Origin: an uncultured Prevotella sp.
GTDB lineage: Bacteria; Bacteroidota; Bacteroidia; Bacteroidales; Bacteroidaceae
Assembly (NCBI GenBank): GCA_944320255.1
Contig: CALUGU010000002.1
Span: 10,706 to 74,705 of the forward strand
Length of the DNA: 64,000 nucleotides
Direction: 5' to 3'
The notes under the pieces were generated by a model. The model saw nothing but the letters and a program-made list of their open reading frames with translations, made no database searches and was not told where the DNA came from. Every line of letters begins with the position of its first letter. The stretch's first letter is position 1. Made by a program: the position numbers and the translations under genes. Shown here piece by piece: positions 29,388 through 38,935 of the stretch.

Positions 29388-29424
29388 AAAAGAGTGGCGG
29401 ACAAGCTGCCTGTCCGCCACTCTT
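29388..29424 (-). terminator. Intrinsic terminator of the glyQS-FKBP operon
   Basis: 14-bp IR AAGAGTGGCGGACA/TGTCCGCCACTCTT with an adjacent A-run. Confidence 0.8.
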
Positions 29425-29444
29425 AAAATATCATTATGACTGTT

Positions 29445-30080
29445 TCACTCCGTAATCCATACGCCGGACACGGCCGCCCTTGAACCCGTGGGCGTGCCGG
29501 CACGGTAATAGGCGCGGAGCGCAATGTCGAACACGAGGGTGCTGTAGGCCGGGATGTCGCCGTTGTCAACCTCGCCGTAGCCCAGCTGGTAAGGGATGTA
29601 CACACGCCAATGGTCGCCTATGTGCATATACTGCAACACCGTGGCGAAACCGTCAACGACGCCTCCGACATACAGTTTCGCGGGCTTCGCCGTGGCTGGG
29701 TTGTAGTCGCCGTCGTAAGACTGGTCGAAGACGTAGCCGTCTTCATACGACGTCGAGGGGAGCAGCCGGCCGCGATAGTCCACCAGCACGGAGTCGGTGT
29801 ACATCGGGCATCCGCTGCCTGTGCCCGCTTCGAGCACCTCTACTACGATGCTGTTCTCCGCCGTGGCTTCGATGTCGTCGTTAAAGGTGAAATTCTTTAT
29901 CACCTTCCACGAGCCGTCGCTCACGCCGGCGGCGTAATTGTAGAGGCTCGCGAAGTAGGCGTTGTTGGTGTTCTCCCAGTCGGGAAACTCCTCTACGGTG
30001 TTGTCCTCCTCGCTGCACGACGCAAGGAACAGCGGCGCGAGCAAGGCCAAGAGGAAATATGTAAACTTGCTAAGTCTCAT
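29445..30080 (-). CDS. FKBP-type peptidyl-prolyl cis-trans isomerase (lipoprotein)
   Basis: Lipobox FLASC; VDYRGRL, VFDQS, VVDGFATVLQYMHIGD, YIPYQLGYG, IPAYSTLVFDI. Confidence 0.92.
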   Translation of the reverse strand: MRLSKFTYFLLALLAPLFLASCSEEDNTVEEFPDWENTNNAYFASLYNYAAGVSDGSWKVIKNFTFNDDIEATAENSIVVEVLEAGTGSGCPMYTDSVLVDYRGRLLPSTSYEDGYVFDQSYDGDYNPATAKPAKLYVGGVVDGFATVLQYMHIGDHWRVYIPYQLGYGEVDNGDIPAYSTLVFDIALRAYYRAGTPTGSRAAVSGVWITE

Positions 30081-31622
30081 TTATTGCAGTTTTTTGAGCA
30101 GGCTCGTTATGCTAACCTTGTCCTCGATGATGCCGCGCAGGTCGGCTATGTTGACACGTTCCTGCTCCATAGTGTCGCGGAAACGCAGCGTAACGGTGTT
30201 GTTCTCCAGCGTGTCGTGGTCTACGGTCACGCAATAGGGCGTGCCTATGGCGTCCTGGCGGCGGTAACGCTTGCCGATGGAGTCTTTCTCGTCGTACTGG
30301 CAGTTGAAGTGGAACTTCAGCTCGTTGATTATCTCGCGGGCCTTTTCGGGCAGTCCGTCTTTCTTCAGCAGGGGCATCACGCAGAGCTTCACGGGCGCCA
30401 AGGCTGCGGGCAGCTTCAGCACAACGCGCGTCTCGCCGTTCTCAAGCTGCTCCTCGCAGTAAGAGTGGCACATCACGGAGAGGAACATACGGTCTACGCC
30501 GATCGAGGTCTCGATGTCGTAAGGGGTGTAGCTCTCGCCCGTCTGCGGGTCGAAGTATTTAATCGACTTGCCCGAGAACTTCTCATGCTGCGACAGGTCG
30601 AAGTCGGTGCGGCTGTGTATGCCTTCCACCTCCTTGAAGCCGAACGGCATGTGGAACTCGATGTCCGTGGCGGCGTTGGCGTAGTGGGCCAGCTTCTCGT
30701 GGTCGTGGAAGCGATAGTTCTCCGCGCCGAAGCCGAGGGCCTGGTGCCACTTCATGCGCAGTTCCTTCCACTTGTTGAACCATTCCATCTCCGTGCCGGG
30801 CTTAACGAAGAACTGCATCTCCATCTGCTCGAACTCGCGCATGCGGAAGATGAACTGGCGGGCTACGATTTCGTTACGGAAGGCCTTGCCTATCTGGGCG
30901 ATGCCGAAGGGTATCTTCATGCGGCCCGTCTTCTGCACGTTCAGGTAGTTGACGAATATTCCCTGTGCCGTTTCGGGGCGCAGGTAGATCTTGCTTGTGG
31001 CGTCGGCGGCCGAACCCATCTCGGTAGAGAACATCAGGTTGAACTGGCGCACGTCTGTCCAGTTCTTCGTGCCGCTGATGGGGCACACTATGCCTTCGTC
31101 GATGATTATCTGCTTCAGCTCGGCCAGGTCGGGGCCTTGCATGGCCTTGGTGTAACGCTCGTGCAGGGCGTCGCGCTTCTGCTGGTGGGCTATCACGCGC
31201 GGGTTGGTCTCGCGGAACTTGGCCTCGTCGAAGGCCTCGCCGAACTTCTTGCGCGCCTTCTCCACCTCCTTGCTGATTTTCTCCTCGTACTTCGCCATCT
31301 GGTCTTCTATCAGCACGTCGGCGCGGTAACGCTTCTTCGAGTCGCGGTTGTCTATGAGCGGGTCGTTGAAGGCGTCAACGTGGCCGCTGGCCTTCCATAT
31401 CGTGGGGTGCATGAAGATGGCCGAGTCGATGCCCACGATGTTCTCGTGGAGCAGCACCATGCTCTTCCACCAGTATTCCTTTATGTTGTTTTTCAGCTCC
31501 ACGCCGTTCTGTCCGTAGTCGTAAACGGCTGCGAGGCCGTCGTAAATGTCGCTGCTGGGGAACACGAAGCCGTACTCCTTGCAGTGGGACACTATTTTCT
31601 TAAAAACATCTTCCTGTGCCAT
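30081..31622 (-). CDS. glyQS: Glycine--tRNA ligase (alpha2 type)
   Basis: LRPETAQGIF, GKAFRNEI, FRMREFEQMEMQFF, IETSIGVDR, IGKRYRRQDAIGTP. Confidence 0.96.
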   Translation of the reverse strand: MAQEDVFKKIVSHCKEYGFVFPSSDIYDGLAAVYDYGQNGVELKNNIKEYWWKSMVLLHENIVGIDSAIFMHPTIWKASGHVDAFNDPLIDNRDSKKRYRADVLIEDQMAKYEEKISKEVEKARKKFGEAFDEAKFRETNPRVIAHQQKRDALHERYTKAMQGPDLAELKQIIIDEGIVCPISGTKNWTDVRQFNLMFSTEMGSAADATSKIYLRPETAQGIFVNYLNVQKTGRMKIPFGIAQIGKAFRNEIVARQFIFRMREFEQMEMQFFVKPGTEMEWFNKWKELRMKWHQALGFGAENYRFHDHEKLAHYANAATDIEFHMPFGFKEVEGIHSRTDFDLSQHEKFSGKSIKYFDPQTGESYTPYDIETSIGVDRMFLSVMCHSYCEEQLENGETRVVLKLPAALAPVKLCVMPLLKKDGLPEKAREIINELKFHFNCQYDEKDSIGKRYRRQDAIGTPYCVTVDHDTLENNTVTLRFRDTMEQERVNIADLRGIIEDKVSITSLLKKLQ

Positions 31623-31817
31623 TGTTTATTTACCTTAAATATATTGTCTTATCAAAATACAAAGATGCCGAAATGCAGCATCTTTGCGCCTTTGGGTTGC
31701 AAAGATAGTGTAAATCAAGTGAAGCGCAAAATAAAAGTGAGGGAAACAAACTTTTATTTTACATTAAAACCGTGGCAGAACCAATACCTGAGCATAAACG
31801 CATGGCACTAAGGCTTT

Positions 31818-32063
31818 TCATATGGCGTTAATCTCGTCAAGAGACAAACCCGTTATCCGGGCTATTACATCAGGAGACAAACCCAGCCGTTTCGCATTAC
31901 GCGCATTATCCAACTTTTCTTCCGCACGGCCCTCTGCACGGCCCTCGTTTCTCGCATACGCCTCGGTGACGAGGTTGTCACGGTAGATCTTGATTGCCTC
32001 GTCATACTTCATACGGTCTTCCTTTGACAGGGCTGATATGTCTTTTATGTCTTCAATCCTCAT
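31818..32063 (-). CDS. Small protein copying the Rpn C-terminal domain (RpnS-like), 81 aa
   Basis: ATG at 32063, 1 nt after the Rpn TAG; MRIEDIKDISALSKEDRMKYDE...EGRAEGRAEEKLDNARNAKRLGLSPDVIARITGLSLDEINAI. Confidence 0.65.
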   Translation of the reverse strand: MRIEDIKDISALSKEDRMKYDEAIKIYRDNLVTEAYARNEGRAEGRAEEKLDNARNAKRLGLSPDVIARITGLSLDEINAI

Positions 32064-32064
32064 A

Positions 32065-32925
32065 CTACAAGGCGGTAATCTCGTCAAAAGACAAACCCGT
32101 TATCTGGGCTATTACATCAGGAGACAAACCCAGCCGTTTCGCATTACGCGCATTATCTAACTTTTCTTCCGCACGACCCTCTGCACGGCCCTCTGCACGG
32201 CCCTCTGCACGGCCCTCGTTTCTCGCATACGCCTCGGTGACGAGGTTGTCACGGTAGATCTTGATTGCCTCGTCATACTTCATACGGTCTTCCTTTGACA
32301 GGGACGCGATGTCTACAATCTCCTCCAACTTCATAAACACTGCTTTTTTAGCCTTGAAAGGCAACCTTTCCAACACTTCCATATTCTTCAACACATATAT
32401 CCAACGCTCAAAATCAGTCTCACACTCACTTTCGTCCTTGTTGAACGACGGCAACTGCAAGAACACATAGCGCATCTTGTCACTGAAAAGCTCATAGCTG
32501 TCACGGTCGGCCAGCACAACATCGGTGCGCAACTTGTCGGGCAGTCCGTCAAGGCGGAAGTTCATAAAGAACACGCCGTAAACGGCCTTCAAGTCAAACA
32601 TCCAAGACGCGCCGCGCTCACCCTGCCTCACCACCGCCTGCGACACGTAATAAAGCGCACGCTCGCGGAAATTCTGCTGCCGGCGGTTCTGCATTTCCAC
32701 GATAAACTGCTCGCCGTCCTCGTTCGTGCAATAAATATCGTAAATACAGCTCCTGTCCTCGATGGTGCCGCCAAGCACTTCCTTATCGAGGAAACGGATG
32801 TCTTTGATATGTTTCTCGCCCACAAGCAGACTGTTAAGGAAGTCTATCAACAAATCTTTGTTGATTTCTTGCCCGAAGATGCGCTTGAAGCCCACGTCCG
32901 TGAACGGATTGATAAACCTTGCCAT
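32065..32925 (-). CDS. Rpn-family PD-(D/E)xK nuclease (annotated as putative transposase)
   Basis: FINPFTDVGFKRIFG, IYDIYC...FIVEMQ, RALYY, YVFLQLPSF, FERWIYVLKNM; EGRA repeats and HTH-like tail. Confidence 0.9.
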   Translation of the reverse strand: MARFINPFTDVGFKRIFGQEINKDLLIDFLNSLLVGEKHIKDIRFLDKEVLGGTIEDRSCIYDIYCTNEDGEQFIVEMQNRRQQNFRERALYYVSQAVVRQGERGASWMFDLKAVYGVFFMNFRLDGLPDKLRTDVVLADRDSYELFSDKMRYVFLQLPSFNKDESECETDFERWIYVLKNMEVLERLPFKAKKAVFMKLEEIVDIASLSKEDRMKYDEAIKIYRDNLVTEAYARNEGRAEGRAEGRAEGRAEEKLDNARNAKRLGLSPDVIAQITGLSFDEITAL

Positions 32926-32989
32926 TGCGTAAAGTCTTTTCTATACCGCAAAAATAATGTTTTTTATCGTAAACGCAAAACAAAAACAC

Positions 32990-33385
32990 AGGAAAATACG
33001 GCAAAACGCACGCCAAAAGGCCGTCATCTGCAACCCAAGAAACGGTCTCTTGGAAAACAATCGGCAACGGCTTGACAGCCAAGGACATACAACCGCAAGA
33101 ACACGCAATACAAAAAGGCAACAAAAAAGCGGCCTTTGGCAACGCCAAAAGCCGCTTCCAGGAAACTGTTTTTGATTTTTTTGTCCGATGTTTTTAGATG
33201 TATTACCAAGACGTTTACGATTACATTTTTCGACGTTTAGCACGCTAAACTTTCTCAAAAAACAAATGGAAACGGCTGGTAAGACGCTAAAAACACGGCC
33301 AAAGGACATCGGAAACGCCCAAAAACGGCGTCCTGAAAAAACCAGAAACAGTTTCTCAAAATAATGACAACGGCAAAACGCCGCC
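32990..33385. repeat. Long degenerate AAAAG..CTTTT-family tract
   Basis: Phased A/T tracts with AAAAGGCCGTCATC, AAAAGCGGCCTTTG and AAAAGCCGCTT units. Confidence 0.55.
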
Positions 33386-33389
33386 TTGA

Positions 33390-33908
33390 TTACATCTTCA
33401 CCTTAATGTGTTTCATTACAGCGTAGCCGCCAAATACTTGCACGAGGATGCCCGGCCAGCCCAAGCGGACGTCTTGGAGGGCGTCGGCAAGCGAACCGGT
33501 CACGCCCCACTCGGCGAGCATTCCCGCCGCCTGATAAGCCACTACGGCCAAAGCGACAGCCCAAAGGGCCACGCCGCGCACGCGGGAAGCTATGCCGGCG
33601 GCGGCCAAGGCGAGCAATACCGACTTGATGAGGATGGTGGGCAGCGACGCCGCAGCAGGCATCCCGAAGAACAGGCTGTTGACAACAGGCGAGGCAATGG
33701 CCGTCAAGAGACCTGCCGTAAGGCCGAACTTATAGGCCGCTACAAGCGTGAAGAAATAGATGGGGAGCCACACTAAGCCGCCTTGCGGCACCAAGTGGCA
33801 CAACTGGGGCAGCACGATGTTGCCCGCAACGAACAGCGCGGCCATCATGTAGGCGCGGCTGTCGCGGCAGCTCAATGAGCAAACCGCCGATGCAGATGTC
33901 GTTTTCAT
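33390..33908 (-). CDS. ECF transporter S-component-like membrane protein
   Basis: GNIVLPQLCHL..GG..WLPIYFFTLVAAYKFG..AGLLTAIASPVVNSLFFGMP; about 5-6 TM helices. Confidence 0.7.
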   Translation of the reverse strand: MKTTSASAVCSLSCRDSRAYMMAALFVAGNIVLPQLCHLVPQGGLVWLPIYFFTLVAAYKFGLTAGLLTAIASPVVNSLFFGMPAAASLPTILIKSVLLALAAAGIASRVRGVALWAVALAVVAYQAAGMLAEWGVTGSLADALQDVRLGWPGILVQVFGGYAVMKHIKVKM

Positions 33909-33939
33909 TGTTGTTATTGATGTTAAAATATTGTCCTTT

Positions 33940-34075
33940 TTGAAGTTATAGAAGTTAAAGAAGTTATCGCTCCCTACTGTCGCTAAGAAGTTAAAGCCGT
34001 ATGCCTTGCATTCTGTTATTCACCACAGGGGTAATGGCTGTAACTTCTCCAACTTCTTTTAATTCTATAAATTCT
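33940..34075. repeat. GAAGTTA-lattice element
   Basis: GAAGTTATAGAAGTTAAAGAAGTTATCGCT...CGCTAAGAAGTTAAAG with an inverted TAACTTC tract; homologs at 36135..36275, 38070..38130 and 56040..56105. Confidence 0.75.
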
Positions 34076-34547
34076 TATCTTTCAGAAACTCTTTTATCAT
34101 CCGATACGCCTCGTCGGGCGAGTCCGTGCCGGCCGTGAGCTTCTCCACGGGGCAGACGTCGGTGCCGGCGCGGTTGATGATATTGGCCACTTCCTCGCCG
34201 AAAGACACCTCCATGCCGGCCCGGCGGAGCACTTCGAGCGCGCCGGAGCTTATCACTTGGGCGTAAACACGGCTCACGCCGCCCTTCACAAGGAGCAGGG
34301 CTGCGCCGCGACCGATTATTTTATCGGCAACGGATGCGCCGCGCAGGAAGGCGGGGTCGTCGGTGACGAGGGCGAAAAGGTCGGCCACGCCGCGACGCTC
34401 AAACTTGCGTATCTCGCCCGAAACAGAGCGGACAATGCCGCGGCAGGTGTCGCTAAAGCTGACACCCACACCAAACTCTTCCCCAACGGAGGGGCTTAGC
34501 ATGCCTTGCTTGTCTGTTTTCTCTTCCACAATTCTTTTCTTAAACAT
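34065..34547 (-). CDS. DUF1893-family protein
   Basis: RGVADL, VADKIIGRGAALLL, YAQVISSGA, IINRAGTDVCPVE; N-terminus extended by repeat-derived sequence. Confidence 0.75.
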   Translation of the reverse strand: MFKKRIVEEKTDKQGMLSPSVGEEFGVGVSFSDTCRGIVRSVSGEIRKFERRGVADLFALVTDDPAFLRGASVADKIIGRGAALLLVKGGVSRVYAQVISSGALEVLRRAGMEVSFGEEVANIINRAGTDVCPVEKLTAGTDSPDEAYRMIKEFLKDKNL

Positions 34548-34606
34548 TATCAGTCAGCCATCAACAGCATCCTCACTCCTCCCCTTGGGGAGGTCGGGAG
34601 GGGGCT

Positions 34607-36121
34607 TCATACGTCCTGCTTCAGCGTCTCCACGAACTCGTCAATGCGTTGCATCTCCTTCGGGATGTTTATTCCCTGCGGACAATGGTCTACACATTGG
34701 CCGCAACCGATGCAGTGGTCGGCCTGGCGGAGGCGGGGAACGCTGCGGTCGTAGCCTATCAGGAAGGCGCGGCGCGCACGCCGGTACTCACTCATAGCAG
34801 ACGAGTTACGAGTTGACGAGTTGACAAGAGGATTTGCATTGTTGGCTTGTCTGCTCGTCTGCTCGTCTGCTCGTCTACTTGTTTGCTTGTCTGCTTGTCC
34901 GTTTGTCTGCTCAACCACAGGCATATTGCCTTCCTTTATGCACCTGTTATAATGTAAAAGAATGCCCGGAATGTCTATTCCGTAAGGACAAGGCATGCAG
35001 TATTTGCAGTCGTTGCAGGGTATTGTCTTCAGGTTGTAGATGTCGCCGGCAATCTCCATGAGGAACTTCCGCTCCTCGCCCGTCAGCGGTTTCAGCGGCG
35101 AATAGGTGCAAAGGTTTTCACGAAGGTGCTCCATGTAAGTCATTCCAGACAGCACGGTGAGCACCCCGTCCGGCGTTCCGGCGAAGCGGAAAGCCCACGA
35201 CGCCACGCTCTGCTCAGGCTCACGCTGCTTCATCTTGGCCACGATGGCGTCGGGCACGTTGGCCAGGCGGCCGCCAAGCAACGGCTCCATGATTATGGCC
35301 GGTATGCCGCGCTTTTTCAGTTCGCCGTACAGATACACGGCGTCAGTGTTGCGCTTGTTAATCTCGTCGGCATAGTTCCAGTCGAGATAGTTAAGCTCTA
35401 TCTGCACAAAGTCCCAATGGTAACGCCCCTCGTCGTGCCAACGCAGCAGCATGTCGTATATCTTCACGTCGCCGTGATACGAGAAACCGAGGTTGCGTAT
35501 GCGTCCTTTGCGCTTCTGCTCAACGAGCCAGTCGAGTATGCCGTTGTCCATATAACGGCTGTTGAACATACCAAGCGCATCCTTGCCCTGCCCTATCGAG
35601 TGGAGCAGCAGATAGTCAACATAGTCAACCTGAAGCTCCTTGAGCGAGTTCTCGAACATCTTTATCGACTCCTCGCGAGGCCAAGTTTCTGGCGAGAAGT
35701 TCGACATCTTGGTTGCAATGAAGTACTCCGACCGCTTGTGGCGGCTCAAGGCGATGCCCGTGGCGCGCTCCGACTTGCCCTGGCAGTAGGCGGGCGACGT
35801 GTCAAAATAGTTGACTCCGTGCTCTATCGCATAGTCAACCTGGCGGTTCACCATCTCTTGGTCGATGTCCATCTCGCCCGTCCCTGTTGACGGGTCTTTG
35901 CCCTCGTTCTTGTCAGGCAGGCGCATCATGCCGTAACCCAAGAGCGACACGCGGTCCTTCGTGTTGGGGTTCACCCTGTAAGTCATCTTCCCTTTCTCCG
36001 GCTCCTGCTGCCTGGCGGTGGTCTGCTTGTCGTCCTTGCATGCCGCGAGCAACGCCGACGAAGCAACGGCCCCGCCTCCGAGAGCCTTCAGGAAATTGCG
36101 TCTTGATATGTCTTTTGCCAT
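34607..36121 (-). CDS. Tat-exported aldo/keto reductase with C-terminal 4Fe-4S domain (lipoprotein)
   Basis: SRRNFLK...LLAAC signal; SLLGYGMMRL, YFDTSPAY, IATKM, DYLLLH, IMEPLLGG; CNDCKYCMPC and CIGCGQCVDHCP. Confidence 0.9.
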   Translation of the reverse strand: MAKDISRRNFLKALGGGAVASSALLAACKDDKQTTARQQEPEKGKMTYRVNPNTKDRVSLLGYGMMRLPDKNEGKDPSTGTGEMDIDQEMVNRQVDYAIEHGVNYFDTSPAYCQGKSERATGIALSRHKRSEYFIATKMSNFSPETWPREESIKMFENSLKELQVDYVDYLLLHSIGQGKDALGMFNSRYMDNGILDWLVEQKRKGRIRNLGFSYHGDVKIYDMLLRWHDEGRYHWDFVQIELNYLDWNYADEINKRNTDAVYLYGELKKRGIPAIIMEPLLGGRLANVPDAIVAKMKQREPEQSVASWAFRFAGTPDGVLTVLSGMTYMEHLRENLCTYSPLKPLTGEERKFLMEIAGDIYNLKTIPCNDCKYCMPCPYGIDIPGILLHYNRCIKEGNMPVVEQTNGQADKQTSRRADEQTSRQANNANPLVNSSTRNSSAMSEYRRARRAFLIGYDRSVPRLRQADHCIGCGQCVDHCPQGINIPKEMQRIDEFVETLKQDV

Positions 36122-36537
36122 GTTTTTTATTTTTGAAATTATAGAAGTATTGCTGAGAAGTTAAAGAAGTCAGAGAAGTTTTTCACTTCGTTCAAGGGAA
36201 CTCTCGCTCGTTTCACTCGCTAAGAAGTTAAAGCCAAATGCCTTGTCGCCAAGATTTTGTTACTAACTTCTCGCCGTTCTTCACTCTCATCTTCTTGCTT
36301 TTTGTTTATATTCATAACTCATTGTGTGTCAACGCCTTATGTTTCACTATGCAAAAGGCGTCCTTTTAGCACGTGAAAGGTGTCCTTTTGCAGCACGAAA
36401 AGGCATCTTTCGCACGGCGTTTTGGCAATGTCTGCACAAAGAGATTTGTTTGTTGAAACGAAAGTTCAGATTTATTTGCAAATAAATTCTTCACTCTTCG
36501 TTCTTCGCTCTTCACCCCCCTTGGGGAGCCGGAGGGG

Positions 36538-38040
36538 CTAAACCTCCCTGTGCACCTCGTGGCCTTCAACGTAAATCGCACTGAACGGACGCGCCGGACA
36601 CAGGTTTTCGCACGCTCCGCAGCCTATGCAACGGGCTTCGTTGACGGCTGGTATCTTCAGCGAATGCTCGTCCTTAGGATTTATCGGCACCATTGTGATG
36701 GCTCCTGTAGGGCAATGGCGCGCGCAGTTGCCGCATTCCACTCCGTCAGTCAGGGGCACGCAGTTCTTCTTAATCCACACCGCATGGCCTATCTGCGTGG
36801 CCGACTTGTAGGCGCGGGTTATCGGCTTGATGGCTCCCGTGGGGCAAACGTCGCCGCACTTGGTGCATTCAGGGCGGCAATAGCCACGCTCGTAGGACAT
36901 CGTGGGCTGCATAAACGTAGACAAACTGGTTGACGGACGCAGCACGTCGTTGGGACAGTTTGACACGCAAAGCTGGCAAGCCGTGCAGTGCTGGGCGAAA
37001 TGCCGGGCCGACAAAGAGCCGGGAGGGGTTATCGGAGTAAGCCTTTCAGGAGCTATCTTTTCCTCGATGGCCGCCAGTCCGCCGTCCACCTTTTTCTTCT
37101 CTTGCGCCAAAGCGGCACCCGTCGTGGCAATAGCCATGCCAAGAAGGAACGAGCGGCGGCCGACCCCCTCAACTCCCCCAGTGGGGGAGCTTTGGCCATC
37201 TGGCTTTAAGCCCTCCCTACGGGGGAGGGTTTGGGAGAGGCTTATCGCGCCCTTGTTGCACTTTTCGATGCAATCGCCGCACACGACACAACGGCTGTAA
37301 TCTATCCGATGGTTCTTAAAGTCGATTGCCGACGCCTTGCAGTTCTTCGTGCACAGTCCGCAGTTTACGCATTTTGAGTCGTCGATGCGTACCTTGAACC
37401 ATGAGAAACGGGCCAGAAAACTGAGTATAGTTCCTACCGGACAGACCGTGTTGCAGTACGTCCTGCCGCCCCGCCAGGCAAGTACGGCGATGACAACGAG
37501 CGTCACAGAGGCTACAACGAGCGTCGGCAGGCTCTTCATCCACACATCGACGCTGTAAAAAGCATAGCTGTTGAAATGCTCGGCGATGGCCGCCAGCACG
37601 TTGTTCCCGGCCTCGTAGACGGGCTTCATCAGGCTGCCGGCGATGCGTCCGTATGAGCTGTACGGCGCAAGAAGCGACACAACGGCGTTAACTCCGGCCA
37701 AAGCTGAAGCTATGAAGACCACCAGCACTCCGTAGCGCAACCACCGCTTTTCCTTTGAATAGGTAAACCTGTTCTTCTTACGGATGCCGTGCAGGTGCGA
37801 TATGACGTCCTGCATCACGCCGAGAGGACATATTACGGAACAGTAAATGCGCCCGAACACGAGCGTAAGCACCACCAACAGTGCCACAACACCTATGTGC
37901 AGGGCGAGCAAGGCCGGCCAAAACTGAATGCTGGCGAGCCACCCGAAATACTTGTGCAGCGTGCCCGTAACGTCCAAGAAGAGCAACGTTATCAGCACAA
38001 ACACCACAAGGGCGAGGGTCGTTCTGATTTTTCTTAGCAT
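36538..38040 (-). CDS. Membrane polyferredoxin (NapH-like + NapG/MauM-like 4Fe-4S domains)
   Basis: Start refined to MLRKIR; GRIYCSVICP and GRTYCNTVCP, several CxxCxxCxxxCP motifs, internal GRRSFLLG followed by a hydrophobic helix. Confidence 0.88.
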   Translation of the reverse strand: MLRKIRTTLALVVFVLITLLFLDVTGTLHKYFGWLASIQFWPALLALHIGVVALLVVLTLVFGRIYCSVICPLGVMQDVISHLHGIRKKNRFTYSKEKRWLRYGVLVVFIASALAGVNAVVSLLAPYSSYGRIAGSLMKPVYEAGNNVLAAIAEHFNSYAFYSVDVWMKSLPTLVVASVTLVVIAVLAWRGGRTYCNTVCPVGTILSFLARFSWFKVRIDDSKCVNCGLCTKNCKASAIDFKNHRIDYSRCVVCGDCIEKCNKGAISLSQTLPRREGLKPDGQSSPTGGVEGVGRRSFLLGMAIATTGAALAQEKKKVDGGLAAIEEKIAPERLTPITPPGSLSARHFAQHCTACQLCVSNCPNDVLRPSTSLSTFMQPTMSYERGYCRPECTKCGDVCPTGAIKPITRAYKSATQIGHAVWIKKNCVPLTDGVECGNCARHCPTGAITMVPINPKDEHSLKIPAVNEARCIGCGACENLCPARPFSAIYVEGHEVHREV

Positions 38041-38179
38041 ATATTCATAATGTTTTTTCAAATATTCTTCAGAAGTTAAAGAAGTTATAGGAGTTATCAC
38101 TCACTTCGTTCGCTTAGAAGTTAAAGGACAAATGCCTTGCTTACAAGCGTCCTTTTTACCGTTTTACCTTTTTACTTTT

Positions 38180-38935
38180 TTACCTTTTTCCACGGGTTTG
38201 CCTTACTATCACCACGCTTGCCTCATAAAGCAGCCAGATCGGCAACGACACGAGCAGCAGCGTGAAAGCGTCCGACGTGGGCGTGACGACCGCCGCAACG
38301 GCCACTATCGCCACCACGGCGTGCTTGCGGTAACGGCTCATCCACTCGGCCTTGAGCAACCCGAAACGGGCTAAAAGCCAACAGACGACGGGTATCTCGA
38401 ACACAACGCCGAACACGATGCTCATCATCACCAGCGTGTCAACATAAGACGAGAGCGTCAGCAGGTTGTCAACGTCGGCGCTCACGGAGTAAGTGCCGAG
38501 GAAACGCACCGTCAGCGGAAAAATGACAAAGTAATTGACAAGCAGCCCAACGATGAACATCGCATAAGCCGCGACCGTCAGCCTGACCGAGCACCGCCGT
38601 TCGTTCTCGTACAGCGCGGGCGAGATGAAGCGGAAAAGCACATATAATATATAAGGAGAGGCCATCAGCACGCCGGCTGCGAAAGCCATCTTCATGTGCA
38701 CCATGAACTGTTCGGTAAGCCCAGTGTTGACAAGCCGGATGCTGAAATGCTCCGCACCAAGCAGCCTGTAAGTCACGAAGTCGTCGCGGCTTGGCGCCAG
38801 CACCACGCTGAACAGCCAGTCCTTGAGCACGAAAGCCACTACGCCGGCGGCCACGGCGGCCACCAACATACGTATCAGGCTGCCACGGAGCACGTCAAGA
38901 TGCTCCCAGAACGTCAGCCCGCCGTCGTCACTCAT
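38180..38935 (-). CDS. tatC: Twin-arginine translocase TatC
   Basis: [37 protein letters not shown]. Confidence 0.95.
   Translation of the reverse strand: MSDDGGLTFWEHLDVLRGSLIRMLVAAVAAGVVAFVLKDWLFSVVLAPSRDDFVTYRLLGAEHFSIRLVNTGLTEQFMVHMKMAFAAGVLMASPYILYVLFRFISPALYENERRCSVRLTVAAYAMFIVGLLVNYFVIFPLTVRFLGTYSVSADVDNLLTLSSYVDTLVMMSIVFGVVFEIPVVCWLLARFGLLKAEWMSRYRKHAVVAIVAVAAVVTPTSDAFTLLLVSLPIWLLYEASVVIVRQTRGKR

Noticed and set aside
28830-29420. Invertible capsule promoter as in B. fragilis
   Set aside because: No inverted-repeat pair brackets the -7 box, the MITE-like IRs lie entirely upstream, and no recombinase is encoded here.
29610-31811. 733-aa plus-strand ORF (also 38980..40416 and similar long antisense ORFs)
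   Set aside because: These are shadow frames of GC-rich genes (glyQS/FKBP, TBDR) with no recognisable motifs.
31818-32303. Duplicated Rpn tail as a DGR template/variable repeat pair
   Set aside because: Only about 4 substitutions, not confined to adenines on one strand, and no reverse transcriptase in the window.
32065-32925. Rpn gene as an IS transposase
   Set aside because: No terminal inverted repeats or target duplication are visible; Rpn proteins have not been shown to transpose.
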